From Gemmatimonadales bacterium (GTDB lineage Bacteria; Gemmatimonadota; Gemmatimonadetes; Gemmatimonadales; GWC2-71-9), in assembly GCA_041615815.1 (NCBI GenBank), contig JBFJCP010000006.1:1-64000 (forward strand): 64,000 nucleotides of DNA, read 5' to 3'. The notes under the pieces are model-generated. The model was not told the DNA's origin and searched no databases. It was given only the letters and a program-made list of their open reading frames with translations. Numbering within the stretch: position 1 is the stretch's first letter; the number at the start of each line of letters is the position of its first letter. This document shows, piece by piece, positions 44,954-55,129 of this stretch. A program made the position numbers and the translations under genes.

Positions 44954-47194
44954 TCAGAAGCCCATCCGCGTCACGAGGGAGTCGAACCGGGGATCGTTGC
45001 GTACAGTCTCGAGCTTGGGCTCGACCCGGAGATACGCGAGCCAGCCCCGCCGCTCTTCGTAACAGCGATCGAGCCATTGGAAGACCGCGTCGGGATCGCC
45101 GAGCGCAACGTGCAGTAGCACGAACGCCACGGGAGATATGTACCCCTCACTACTGAGTTGCTCGAGCTCGACGAGCAGGCGCTCGGTCTCGGCACGACGG
45201 CCGCGCCGCGCTTCCATGTATCCCCAACCCGCCATAGCGTATGCGGCGGTTTTCTGGGCCGTCGCGATGGCGTCACGGAAGGCGGCTTCCGCCTCTTCAA
45301 ATCGACCCAAGGCCGTGTATACGAGACCCAACACGCTGTGTGTCTCATCGGCTTGGGGATCGATGGCCAGTGCCCGTCGTAAGTGTTCAACGGCTTCTTC
45401 GTGCCGTCCGAGGTAGTAGCAGAGCCACCCCAACCCGCGATGTCCCGACACGGATACGGGATCGAGATCCACCGCCATTCGGGCCTCTTGCAGGGCCTCC
45501 ACACCCCGACCAGTCGCAAGGAGCAACCACGCGAACCACTGTCGGGCGGTGGCGTAGGACGGGTTGAGCTCGATCGCTCTCCGGAATTCACGTTCGGCGG
45601 CGGTCCAGTCCCAATCGTAGATGAAGTTGACCCACGCAAGGGATGTGTGCGCTTCCGCGAGCGTCTCATCCAGCTCGAGGGCCCGGCGTGCCTCGACTTT
45701 CGCCTGCTCCATCCGTTCCGCCACAGGGGAACCCCGATAGTCCACCTGGATGGCATGGGCATCGGACAAGCCGGTGTAGGCCAGGGCGTAATCTGGGTCT
45801 TCTTGGATCGCCTGCTCGAAATACTCGATGGCGCGGAGGATATCCTCTGGGGTCCGGAGGTTCCAGTGGTATCGACCGCGAAGGTATGCGTTGTACGCCT
45901 TGACATTGTCCGTGTATCGCCGCGGCCGAAGTTCGCCGAGATCCCGCCATAAAGTTGTCCGGAGCGTCATGACAATAGTTCGGGTAATCTCATCCTCGAC
46001 CGCGAAAATGTCGTCGACTTCGCGGTCATACCGCTCGGCCCAGAGGTGGCGCCCGTCGGATACGTCGGTGAGCCGAGCCGTGATCCGGAGGCGATTGCCC
46101 GACTGTCGGACGGTTCCCTCCAGCACGGTCGACACGCCCAGTTGCGCACCAATGGCTCGGACGTCTTGCCGGGTTCCCTTAAAGGCGAAGACCGACGTCC
46201 GAGATGCGACGTGTAGTCCCTCGACCTTCGTGAGGGCGTGGATGAGTTCGTCGGTGAGCCCGTCACTCAAGTATTCGTTGTCCGGGTCTGGGCTCGCATT
46301 CTCGAACGGCAGCACAGCAATCATTCGAGTGTTTCGGTCTGCAGCGGCGGATGCAGGAGGATCCGTCGAGGTCAAGGCTTCTGTAAACGCCCGAACGGTG
46401 TCAAAGCGCTGAGCCGGATCCTTGGCCAGCGCTCGAGCGATGACTTGGTCCACCACCAAAGGGACTTCACCCCGCTGCGACCGGACTGATGGTGGTGGCT
46501 GGATGGCGTGCTGGGCCATGGTGGCACGAGCGTTGGGCCCGCGAAACGGTGGTTCGCCGGTCAGCATTTCGAACAAAACGCAGGCCAGGCTGTAGAGATC
46601 GCTTCGGGCGTCCAGCTCCCGGTCTGCCGTCACCTGCTCGGGGCTCATATAGGCAGGCGTCCCAACCGCGAGCCCCGGCTCCGTCAACCGATCCGACCCG
46701 GCTGCGGAGATCGCCGTGGCCACGCCGAAGTCCGTCAGGAGGGGCTGTCCTTCGTTGAGCAAGATGTTCTCGGGCTTGATGTCACGATGCAGCACGTTCC
46801 GACGGTGCGCGTAATCCAGTGCACCGGCTACCGCCAGGGTGATCCGGATCGCATCGTGTATCGGCAGTCGCTTTTTCTCGTTGAGTCGGTCCCTGAGGGA
46901 CTCACACCCAACGAAGGGCATGACGTAGAAGAAGAATCCGTCGCATTCGCCGGAATCATGGAGCGGTAGGATCTGGGGATGGGTTAGCCCAGCGGCTATG
47001 CGAATCTCACGAAGGAACCGTGCGGTCTCGTAACCGGTGACCAGCTCGGGCCTGAGAACCTTGATCGCGACCTCACGACCGTGTTTGACATCTTCGGCCC
47101 GGTAGACGGTCGCCATCGCCCCTCGTCCCACTTCTTCCTGGACGGCATAGCGGTCTCCCAAAGCCGCTCGCAGACGTTCAACCGTGCACTCCAT
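44954..47194 (-). CDS. Cytoplasmic Ser/Thr kinase with TolB-like and TPR domains
   Basis: HRDIKPEN, DFG, GTPAYMSPE; IAVLPFEN..YLSDGLTDELI; TPR repeats. Confidence 0.88.
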   Translation of the reverse strand: MECTVERLRAALGDRYAVQEEVGRGAMATVYRAEDVKHGREVAIKVLRPELVTGYETARFLREIRIAAGLTHPQILPLHDSGECDGFFFYVMPFVGCESLRDRLNEKKRLPIHDAIRITLAVAGALDYAHRRNVLHRDIKPENILLNEGQPLLTDFGVATAISAAGSDRLTEPGLAVGTPAYMSPEQVTADRELDARSDLYSLACVLFEMLTGEPPFRGPNARATMAQHAIQPPPSVRSQRGEVPLVVDQVIARALAKDPAQRFDTVRAFTEALTSTDPPASAAADRNTRMIAVLPFENASPDPDNEYLSDGLTDELIHALTKVEGLHVASRTSVFAFKGTRQDVRAIGAQLGVSTVLEGTVRQSGNRLRITARLTDVSDGRHLWAERYDREVDDIFAVEDEITRTIVMTLRTTLWRDLGELRPRRYTDNVKAYNAYLRGRYHWNLRTPEDILRAIEYFEQAIQEDPDYALAYTGLSDAHAIQVDYRGSPVAERMEQAKVEARRALELDETLAEAHTSLAWVNFIYDWDWTAAEREFRRAIELNPSYATARQWFAWLLLATGRGVEALQEARMAVDLDPVSVSGHRGLGWLCYYLGRHEEAVEHLRRALAIDPQADETHSVLGLVYTALGRFEEAEAAFRDAIATAQKTAAYAMAGWGYMEARRGRRAETERLLVELEQLSSEGYISPVAFVLLHVALGDPDAVFQWLDRCYEERRGWLAYLRVEPKLETVRNDPRFDSLVTRMGF

Positions 47195-47254
47195 GACCGA
47201 TAAAGATGGTTGGGCGGCGGAGGGGACGGCAGGGGACGCCGCTGGCGCTGTTCC

Positions 47255-47695
47255 TCATACCCGGTGGTAGTCTGGTCGCCAGGCCTGGATGAGTTTCTTG
47301 ATCTCCTCGCGATCGCGGATCCCTTCGCCCCGCACGCGCCGGGCAAGAGCGGGCACCTCTTCATCGGAGGCGAAGCGGAGCGCGATCAGCTGTCCGATGG
47401 TGAACTCGTCGACGCGTGCTGCGAGATCCGCGGGCAAAAGGCGCGCGAGGCGGAGTTTTTCCTCCAAGCAGATGACACGATCCTGGACGGTGGTGGCGAA
47501 GGTCCGCGTATAGTAGAAAAGGAGGAGAACCCCGATGACCAATAGGACGCTCATCAGACGATCCACCGAAAAGCTTGTCACCGTCCGGTACGAGGACCAG
47601 ATCAGATTGACGATCAGGATGCCGAACGTCGCGGCGTGAAACCCGATCACGTAGCGGCGGTGGTTTTGGTAGCTCTGAGGCTCGACGTCGCTCAT
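47255..47695 (-). CDS. DUF6526-like membrane protein
   Basis: QSYQNHRR, VQDRVICLEE.LR, QLIALRFASDEE, IKKLIQAWRPDYHRV. Confidence 0.72.
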   Translation of the reverse strand: MSDVEPQSYQNHRRYVIGFHAATFGILIVNLIWSSYRTVTSFSVDRLMSVLLVIGVLLLFYYTRTFATTVQDRVICLEEKLRLARLLPADLAARVDEFTIGQLIALRFASDEEVPALARRVRGEGIRDREEIKKLIQAWRPDYHRV

Positions 47696-47863
47696 GCGCT
47701 CTCCCGTCAGCAGGTTCGAGGAGAATGCACCTCATAGACCGCGACGGCCAGTCCGCCCCCTGCACCACTCTGTCTGGAAGTGTATCTTGGACGTGTATGC
47801 TCGGCGGAAGGCTGAGTTGCGAAGGCTCGGACTGCGTTCTTCTCGTGTAAGGGAGAGACGAGT

Positions 47864-48886
47864 GTGACCGCTCCCATCCTGGCCGTAGTAGCGGCAATCC
47901 TGGCTGTGCTCCTCATCGTGGAATTTGCTCGGCAGCGACGTGCGGTCGAGGCTCGTGAGTTGTACCGGAAGATCTTCAACGACCTCCACATAGGCATCAA
48001 TGTGTGGCATTTGGAGGATCCCTCGGATCCTGGCTCGCTGCGTCTGATCGCATCCAATCCGGCGGCGGCCGCCGCCACGGGCATCCCGAGCGTCAAGTGG
48101 ATTGGTCGAACCATCCTAGATGTGTTCCCGGAGGCGGTTCCGCGGGGTATCGCCGCGGACCTGGCCGAAGTGGCCAGGGTGGGCCGATTGAAGGATCTCG
48201 GCGAGTTGTCGTACGGGGATGCCCGGATTCAGGAAGGCATCTACTCGGTCTTCGCCTATCCGCTTCCGGGACGTTGCACGGCGGTCGCGTTTGAGAACAT
48301 CACGAAGCAGAAGCTCGCGGCCATGGAAGTGGCACGGAAGGCAACGTATGTACAGCTGTTGCAGGAAGTCGCCTGCCGCGCCAACGAAGCAGACTCCATC
48401 AGCGCAGCTCTCGAGGAGACCTTACCACAAATCTGCGAGCACACCGGTTGGGTCGTGGGTCACGCCTACCTGCGGGACGGCAATGGCCCGTCCCTCGTGC
48501 ACACCCGGCATTGGCATCTCGCGAATCCACAATTGTACGACGAGCTTCGTGCCGCAACGGACGCGACACGTTTTACGGCAGGTGTGGGTCTCCCGGGCCG
48601 AGTACTCAACAGCGGAGCCGCTGAATGGGTCGTGGATCTCAGTTCGGCCACGAATGTCCCCCAGGCGAAAGTCGCCGTGGCCTGTGAACTCCGCTCGGCC
48701 TACGCGTTCCCCATACTGCTCGATGGCAATGTGACAGGCGTGTTGGAGTTCTTTGCGACGGATACCTGGGTTCCCGACGAACTGTTGTTGGAGACGATGC
48801 AGCGCGTGGGTCGGCAGTTGGGCCGTGTCATTGAACGGCAGCGTGGGAGCCCGTCGGTGGGATCGTCGGCGGCCCCCGGTTCCTAG
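47864..48886 (+). CDS. Membrane-anchored PAS + GAF sensor protein without output domain
   Basis: N-terminal TM; PAS (NPAAAAATG..IGRTILDVFP, ENIT); GAF (GVGLPGRV, AFPILL..GVLEFF). Confidence 0.72.
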   Translation: MTAPILAVVAAILAVLLIVEFARQRRAVEARELYRKIFNDLHIGINVWHLEDPSDPGSLRLIASNPAAAAATGIPSVKWIGRTILDVFPEAVPRGIAADLAEVARVGRLKDLGELSYGDARIQEGIYSVFAYPLPGRCTAVAFENITKQKLAAMEVARKATYVQLLQEVACRANEADSISAALEETLPQICEHTGWVVGHAYLRDGNGPSLVHTRHWHLANPQLYDELRAATDATRFTAGVGLPGRVLNSGAAEWVVDLSSATNVPQAKVAVACELRSAYAFPILLDGNVTGVLEFFATDTWVPDELLLETMQRVGRQLGRVIERQRGSPSVGSSAAPGS

Positions 48887-48894
48887 AAGCGGGT

Positions 48895-49974
48895 TCAGTC
48901 CTCCACGGCGTACCCTTCACCATAGAACTTGCTGGTGCTTCGAGTGTGGAAAACGATCGCCCTAATGGGATCATACTTGGGGTTCGCCAGGCCGGGGAGC
49001 ACTTCCAGAACTTCGTCTTCCCACACATAGACGGCCATCGGGAAGGACACTCGTGGGGTTCCCAGCTGTGCGACGGTACGGGGTTTGCTCACGCGGTGCG
49101 TCGTGGACGGTAGGCGGTCGTTCGTGATTCGCTGCATGTAGTCGCCCGTGTTGATGATGAGGGAACCCCAAGGGGCGTTCAAGCGAATCCACTTGTTGCT
49201 TTGATGGTTCCATACCTGCAACCCCTCCACGCGAGCCGCCGGGAGGATCGTGAATAAGTCGACATCTTCGTGGCCTAGCAGGCGGCCGGCTCCTGAAGCG
49301 TCCTCGTCTCTTCCGATTGGCGGGTAGTAATTCAATCGCAGGCCAAAATTCGTTCTGGTGAGCGTGGCATCGTAGAAATGGGGATCCACTCCCAAGTACG
49401 TGAAAATGCTCTGCGTGATGGGCAGAATCAGCTTTTCGTGCGCCAGACAAATCTGACGAAAGAACGGCTCGTATTCCGGCAGAGGCCAGAAATCTTCCGG
49501 AGCAAAGTCCTTTTGTCGTGGCTCCATTTCGAATGCGCGACGGCAGAAGACCCACCCCTCGACCAGGTCGGGATGAATATCACTGGTTTCCTTGATAGGA
49601 AAGTATCCCTGGCTCACTGAACCGAACCGTTCGGCGCGATACGCCAACTTTTGATCGAGCGTGGTGCGCGTGAAGAACTCCACGACCTTACCCTCCGCCT
49701 CGTCGTACAGCGATGGGTCGACGCCGTGCCCCACGATAATCGCAAAGCCGATCTCTTCGAGTGCCGACCCGAGCCCTTGGGCAAACTGCTGCCGCCCGGC
49801 TTCTCCACCGCTCCAGAACGGTGTCATATCCACGGTTCGGATCTGGTACTCCTCGTCGAAGACGTCTTCACCGGGCGTCTCTGCCAAATGGTACGTATGT
49901 GCCTTTTGCACCTGATCGAACCGCATAAACTCCTGATTGACGGCACTCACACGTTGGTCTTTCTCCTTGGACAT
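48895..49974 (-). CDS. 2OG-Fe(II) oxygenase, IPNS/DIOX family
   Basis: GFAIIVGHGV, LRLNYYPP, HED (HxD), INTGDYMQRITN, THRV, RVS. Confidence 0.87.
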   Translation of the reverse strand: MSKEKDQRVSAVNQEFMRFDQVQKAHTYHLAETPGEDVFDEEYQIRTVDMTPFWSGGEAGRQQFAQGLGSALEEIGFAIIVGHGVDPSLYDEAEGKVVEFFTRTTLDQKLAYRAERFGSVSQGYFPIKETSDIHPDLVEGWVFCRRAFEMEPRQKDFAPEDFWPLPEYEPFFRQICLAHEKLILPITQSIFTYLGVDPHFYDATLTRTNFGLRLNYYPPIGRDEDASGAGRLLGHEDVDLFTILPAARVEGLQVWNHQSNKWIRLNAPWGSLIINTGDYMQRITNDRLPSTTHRVSKPRTVAQLGTPRVSFPMAVYVWEDEVLEVLPGLANPKYDPIRAIVFHTRSTSKFYGEGYAVED

Positions 49975-50119
49975 CTGGCATCCTTCTCGAGCGGTGGGTT
50001 CACTGGACCTGCAAACGTGGACCTGTCTGGCCGCGGTCGACCCGTCCTCGTATTCTACTCTTCCGGCACCAAGAGACAATGATGGATATACCGTCTCCAC
50101 CTCAAGCCACGTGTGGCCC

Positions 50120-52543
50120 ATGAACCGACTGATCGGCTGTCTTGCCGTCTGTGCTATTCTCATCCCCGATGAGGCTGCTCGAGCCCAGGTGACGGCGGAT
50201 ACCGTGCGTCTCGCCGGGCTGCGCGCGCCGGTCGAGATCCTTCGTGATGTTTGGGGCGTCTCGCATATCTACGCGCAGAACGAGGAGGACCTGTTCTTTG
50301 CACAAGGGTTCAACGCCGCGCGAGATCGCCTCTTCCAGCTCGAGCTATGGCGCCGCCGTGCCACGGGCACGATGGCGGGACTCGTGGGCCGGAGAGCGCT
50401 CGAGCACGATATCGGCGCTCGTTTGCTGCAGTTTCGCGGCGACATGCGTAAGGAGATGCGGCATTACCATCCCCGGGGGCGGAGAATCGTGACTGCCTTT
50501 GTTGCGGGCATCAATGCGTACATCGATTTGACTGTCAGGGTGCCCGAACTGCTTCCATGGGAATTCGCCGCTCTCGAGATCAAGCCCGGCAAGTGGACGC
50601 CCGCCGTCGTGGTCTCCCGTCACAATGGCCTGTATCGAAACGCCAATCGAGAGCTCGAGTTGGCAGCCATCGTCCACTCCCTAGGACCGCAGCAGACAAA
50701 GCAGCTACTGGCGTTCGAGCCCGGCAGCCCTTCCTTGACGCCAGATGCCAGCCTTGATCTCGGGACGCTGGACTCTCGAGCGCTCAGCCTCTACCGAGCG
50801 TCCCGATCGCGGATCCGGTTTGAGCCGCAAGACATGGCTGCTGCGTTCCGCGCCGAGGTGTCGCGCCACGAACCGCCCGATCCATGTAGCCTGCCAGAGC
50901 GGTGTGATGCGTGGGAGCAATTCGATCGCCAGCGGAGCGGCAGTAACAATTGGGTGGTCTCGGGCGCACGGACGTTCAGCGGGGCACCGATGATGGCAAA
51001 TGATCCACATCGTGTGCTGTCCCTTCCATCGCTGCGATACTGGGTACATCTGGTGGCACCGGGATGGAATGTCATCGGTGGCGGTGAGCCGGCGCTCCCG
51101 GGAGTGGCGATAGGACACAATGAACACGGTGCGTGGGGTCTGACGATTTTTGCGGTGGATCAAGAAGATCTCTACGTGTACGACACCAATCCTGCCAACG
51201 AGCGGCAGTACAGGTATGGCAGACGGTGGGTCGACATGCTCGTCGTGTCCGACACCATTCCGATTCGCGATGAAGCTCCCGTGGCCGTGGAGCTGCGCTT
51301 CACTCGGCATGGTCCGGTGTTGTTTCAAGACGAGGCACGGAACCGAGCGTACGCACTTCGAGCGGCGTGGCTAGAGGTGGGCTCGGCACCGTATTTGGCG
51401 AGCCTTCGTATCGATCAGGCACGTAACTGGGAGGAATTTCGCGAAGCCTGTGCCTACTTCTATACGCCGTCCGAGAACATGGTTTGGGCTGATGCCACTG
51501 GGAACATCGGATGGCAAGCGACGGGGATCACTCCACGACGACGCGGGTGGGACGGTCTGCTCCCGGTACCAGGAGACGGACGGTTCGAGTGGGATGGTTT
51601 TGTGAAGGTGGTCGATCTCCCGAGCCGCGGGAACCCCGAGCAGGGGTGGCTCGCCACCGCCAACGATAACAATCTGCCGTCTGGGTATCGTCCGATCGTG
51701 GGTTACGAGTGGACCGATCCGTTTCGGATTTCGCGGATTCGCGAAGTACTTGGATCCAGCCGCCGGCTCACGCTGATGGACATGCAGCGCCTGCAGCATG
51801 ATGAGCTGTCGCTTCCCGCTCGATCCTTAGTGCCCCTTCTCGAAGGACTCGATTATCCCAGCGCTGCGGCTGGTAAGGCCGCGGATCGCTTGCTGCGTTG
51901 GGATTACGTGCTCGATCGCGACTCCGACGGGGCCGCCATCTACGTGTTTTGGGAACAGCGATTGGTGGAGCAAGTCTGGCGTAGGCTCGTCCCGGAGGCC
52001 GTCCACGATCTCATCCGTCCGTCGGATCTCTCACTTCGAAAGGTCGTGGACTGGATCACGGTTCCCGACGGCCGTTTGGGACCGCGCCCCTCCGAGGCGA
52101 GGGACGGTCTCCTCGTTGCCAGCCTCCAAGATGCCGTTACTGAACTGAGTGAATTGCTGGGCGAAGACCAGTCACAGTGGAGATATGGGCTCCTCAAGCA
52201 CGTGTTCTACGAGCACTCCCTGAGCGCCGCTGTGAGGCACGACATGCGGGACAGCTTGGACATCGGACCGCTTCCGCGCGGAGGCTACGGCCACACTGTC
52301 AACTATACCTCCGATAATCTGAACCAAACGAGCGGTGCCACGTTTCGCATCATCGTCGACACCAGCGACTGGGACCGGTCGCTTGGAACCAATGCCCCGG
52401 GACAGTCGGGCAATCCAACGAGCCCGCACTACGGCGACCTGTTTGTACCCTGGGCAGCGGGAAAGTACTTCTCCGTCCTCTACTCCCGCGAGCGCGTAGA
52501 GTCCGCAACGGCCGACGTCATCGTGCTCCATCCCACACGTTGA
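50120..52543 (+). CDS. Penicillin acylase family (Ntn hydrolase, S45)
   Basis: Signal peptide; RDVWGVSHIYA, DRLFQ, GSNNW, ANDPH, PGQSG. Confidence 0.9.
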   Translation: MNRLIGCLAVCAILIPDEAARAQVTADTVRLAGLRAPVEILRDVWGVSHIYAQNEEDLFFAQGFNAARDRLFQLELWRRRATGTMAGLVGRRALEHDIGARLLQFRGDMRKEMRHYHPRGRRIVTAFVAGINAYIDLTVRVPELLPWEFAALEIKPGKWTPAVVVSRHNGLYRNANRELELAAIVHSLGPQQTKQLLAFEPGSPSLTPDASLDLGTLDSRALSLYRASRSRIRFEPQDMAAAFRAEVSRHEPPDPCSLPERCDAWEQFDRQRSGSNNWVVSGARTFSGAPMMANDPHRVLSLPSLRYWVHLVAPGWNVIGGGEPALPGVAIGHNEHGAWGLTIFAVDQEDLYVYDTNPANERQYRYGRRWVDMLVVSDTIPIRDEAPVAVELRFTRHGPVLFQDEARNRAYALRAAWLEVGSAPYLASLRIDQARNWEEFREACAYFYTPSENMVWADATGNIGWQATGITPRRRGWDGLLPVPGDGRFEWDGFVKVVDLPSRGNPEQGWLATANDNNLPSGYRPIVGYEWTDPFRISRIREVLGSSRRLTLMDMQRLQHDELSLPARSLVPLLEGLDYPSAAAGKAADRLLRWDYVLDRDSDGAAIYVFWEQRLVEQVWRRLVPEAVHDLIRPSDLSLRKVVDWITVPDGRLGPRPSEARDGLLVASLQDAVTELSELLGEDQSQWRYGLLKHVFYEHSLSAAVRHDMRDSLDIGPLPRGGYGHTVNYTSDNLNQTSGATFRIIVDTSDWDRSLGTNAPGQSGNPTSPHYGDLFVPWAAGKYFSVLYSRERVESATADVIVLHPTR

Positions 52544-52583
52544 TCGGACCTTGTGCGTTTCACCCCTGCCATGGTCCGGAGCT

Positions 52584-53444
52584 CTAGTCTCCTCGAGTGG
52601 ACAGCCAGCGATACAGCGCTCGGATGTTGAGTGGGAACCATTCCGTGTAGCCCCGCCAACGCTCATACGCCGGCAATCTCACCTCTTGCGCGGCCTGATC
52701 CTCGGTGAGCCCTCGTTGGATCGCAGCGTCGACGGCGCTGCGGAGATCCTCGTAATACTGAACCTGGCGCTCGATGGTGGCACGCGTCCCCGGGGCGCCA
52801 TGGCCGAACGCAATCGTCGAAAAGTCTATTTCTAAGAGTCGCCGCAACGCGTCGAAGAACTCGGGGAAATAGTAGTCCGGCAAATCCCGATACCCCACGC
52901 CATCGTTAGTCACGAAATCAACCGCGAAGGCAATTCGGTCTTCGGGCAAGTAGGCGACGACCATATTGTCGCTGTGACTGCGTCCCAAGTAGTGGAGCTC
53001 CAGCAGTCGACCACCGAAGTGAAGGGTCAGCTGGTCCTCGAACGTAATGTCGGGGGGAGGGAGGTCCGGATTTGGCGCCTCTGTGAGGCGTCCGCGGCTG
53101 TTCGCATGCGCAATGATCGGAACCTCGCTACCAAAGGCGGAGCGCAGGACTCGGGCACCGGTGGCGTGATCCGCGTGATGGTGACTGTAGACGACGGCTC
53201 TAAGCGCCTTGCCGGGCGCCACTCGCTTGATAGCCTCTGCAAAGTGGCGGGCTGCTTGAGTGGAGATCGGATCGATGGCGACGACGCCGTCGGTCGTGAC
53301 GACGAACAGTCCCTGGTGTGCCTGGAACCGGAACTGATAGACGCCTTCAGCAAGACGGGTCGTTTCCACCTGTGTGTCTTGCGAGGATACGGGTGCTGCC
53401 AAACTGGCCAGGGCTGCTACCAACATCGAGGCTGTTCGCGTCAT
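52584..53444 (-). CDS. Secreted metallo-beta-lactamase-fold hydrolase
   Basis: Signal peptide; YSHHHADH, SHSD, AVD, FGHG. Confidence 0.85.
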   Translation of the reverse strand: MTRTASMLVAALASLAAPVSSQDTQVETTRLAEGVYQFRFQAHQGLFVVTTDGVVAIDPISTQAARHFAEAIKRVAPGKALRAVVYSHHHADHATGARVLRSAFGSEVPIIAHANSRGRLTEAPNPDLPPPDITFEDQLTLHFGGRLLELHYLGRSHSDNMVVAYLPEDRIAFAVDFVTNDGVGYRDLPDYYFPEFFDALRRLLEIDFSTIAFGHGAPGTRATIERQVQYYEDLRSAVDAAIQRGLTEDQAAQEVRLPAYERWRGYTEWFPLNIRALYRWLSTRGD

Positions 53445-53683
53445 GAATCCACTCCTCGTTGGCGGACGAACGCAGTTGTGGTATGTGGCACAGCACAATT
53501 TCGAACTGGGCTCGGTGCTATCGGGCCTGAAGACGAGCAGCTGCGTCTGCGACCATTCACGATCTCCTTCCTTCCGTGCCGACCTGTCAACCCGAGTTGT
53601 CAAAACGAATCGATCGTGCCGCTCCGGAACTGAAACGTCTAGAGGTCTTCTGACCTCCGCACCGGCGGCGCCAGCCAGGTCTT

Positions 53684-55129
53684 TCACGGGTCACCCGCGG
53701 CCTTGGGAGGCGGAAAGAAGATCCGGACGTTGGCGGCGGGCACCGGACGGGTGAATCGGGAAACAATCAGGAACAGTACGAGGCTCGTGGCCACTCCAAT
53801 CTCAACGGCATCGATGCCGTGACGATCGAAGGTCTCCTGGCCGGTCAACTCCCAGGTGAGGCATGCGAGAAACCCGCCGAGCATCGAGGCGATCGCGCCA
53901 GCGGCCGTACCACGGCGCCAGTTCAACCCGATGACGACGGGTATGAAGAAGAAACTGGCAATGAACTTTGCCTGCTCTACGACGATGGCTTGAACATCTC
54001 CATACTTCTGCAACGCGAAGTACAACGGGATCAACGCGAGCACGACGATGCTGATTCGGTTTACCAGGACTAGGTGGCGCTGACTGGCATTCCGGCGCAG
54101 GAACCTGCCATACAAATCATGGGCCACCGACGCGCCGGTGACGAGCAGGATGGAGTTCACGGTGGACATGATGGCGCTCAGCATGGCAACGATGAGCAGA
54201 GCCCCGACCAGCGGTGGCAACACTTCAAACGCCATGATGGAACTCGCCTGATCGGCAGATGCGAGGTTGGGGAAGAGCACCCGTGTAAAAAGTCCAATGG
54301 CCAAAACACTCAAGCCGATGATGAATTGAAAACCGATCGAGACCGCAATGGCCTGTTTCACCGTTCGCTCATCACGCATTGAGTAGAATCTCGTCATCTC
54401 GTACGGGGCTGCCGCTATCGACAATCCGAAACTGATGCCGAACGCCAGGAGTGCACGTGGGCCGTAATACCAGCCCAACAGCCGGTCATCCAGAGACGCT
54501 AAGAACCGGAGTGGTGTGCCGAAGCCACCGGCATGGCTGACGAGGACCGGGACGGCAATCATGAGGCCGCTTACCATGATCAGGGTTTGGAGGAATTCGA
54601 TGTACGAGCTGCTTCGCACCCCGCCCAAAAGCGTGTACAGGGCCGTGCTTCCCACTAGGATGAGCATGGCCGTTAGCGGCTCGATGCCGAAGATCGCGAG
54701 GGCGATTTCGCCGCTGGCCTGGAATTGTGCTACGAGGTAGATCGTGTAAGACACGACGATGAGCACGGCGGCCAACGCCCGGGCGGGTTCGCTGCCAAAC
54801 CGTGTGCCGATGTAGTCGGGGACCGTGAGGGCGCCAAAGCGTCGCAGCTTGGGTGCCACGAAGAACGCCGAGACGAGCCACCCAGCCCAAACGCCAAACC
54901 AGATGTACCACCAAGACACCCCCGTGAGGTAATGCCGTCCCAAGGTCCCCACGACGGTGCCGGCGCTGATCTGTGTAGCGGCGAGTACGGCTCCACCGAC
55001 GAACGGTCCGATGGAGCGCCCAGCAGCGATGAAGTCCTCCTCTGTCTTCGTGTGAAACGAGCTCGCGATCGCAATGCCGAGGACCAGTAGGAAATAGACG
55101 GCGAGTACGATACCGAGCGTGAGTCCCAT
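53684..55129 (-). CDS. Sodium:solute symporter family protein
   Basis: DFIAAGRSIG, TVPDYIGTRF, YTLLGG, SAIMSTVNS; many TM segments. Confidence 0.88.
   Translation of the reverse strand: MGLTLGIVLAVYFLLVLGIAIASSFHTKTEEDFIAAGRSIGPFVGGAVLAATQISAGTVVGTLGRHYLTGVSWWYIWFGVWAGWLVSAFFVAPKLRRFGALTVPDYIGTRFGSEPARALAAVLIVVSYTIYLVAQFQASGEIALAIFGIEPLTAMLILVGSTALYTLLGGVRSSSYIEFLQTLIMVSGLMIAVPVLVSHAGGFGTPLRFLASLDDRLLGWYYGPRALLAFGISFGLSIAAAPYEMTRFYSMRDERTVKQAIAVSIGFQFIIGLSVLAIGLFTRVLFPNLASADQASSIMAFEVLPPLVGALLIVAMLSAIMSTVNSILLVTGASVAHDLYGRFLRRNASQRHLVLVNRISIVVLALIPLYFALQKYGDVQAIVVEQAKFIASFFFIPVVIGLNWRRGTAAGAIASMLGGFLACLTWELTGQETFDRHGIDAVEIGVATSLVLFLIVSRFTRPVPAANVRIFFPPPKAAGDP

Noticed and set aside
48895..53444. 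Beta-lactam biosynthetic gene cluster
   Set aside because: No ACV synthetase/NRPS or beta-lactam synthetase; the families are broad; the epimerase-like gene is 30 kb away.
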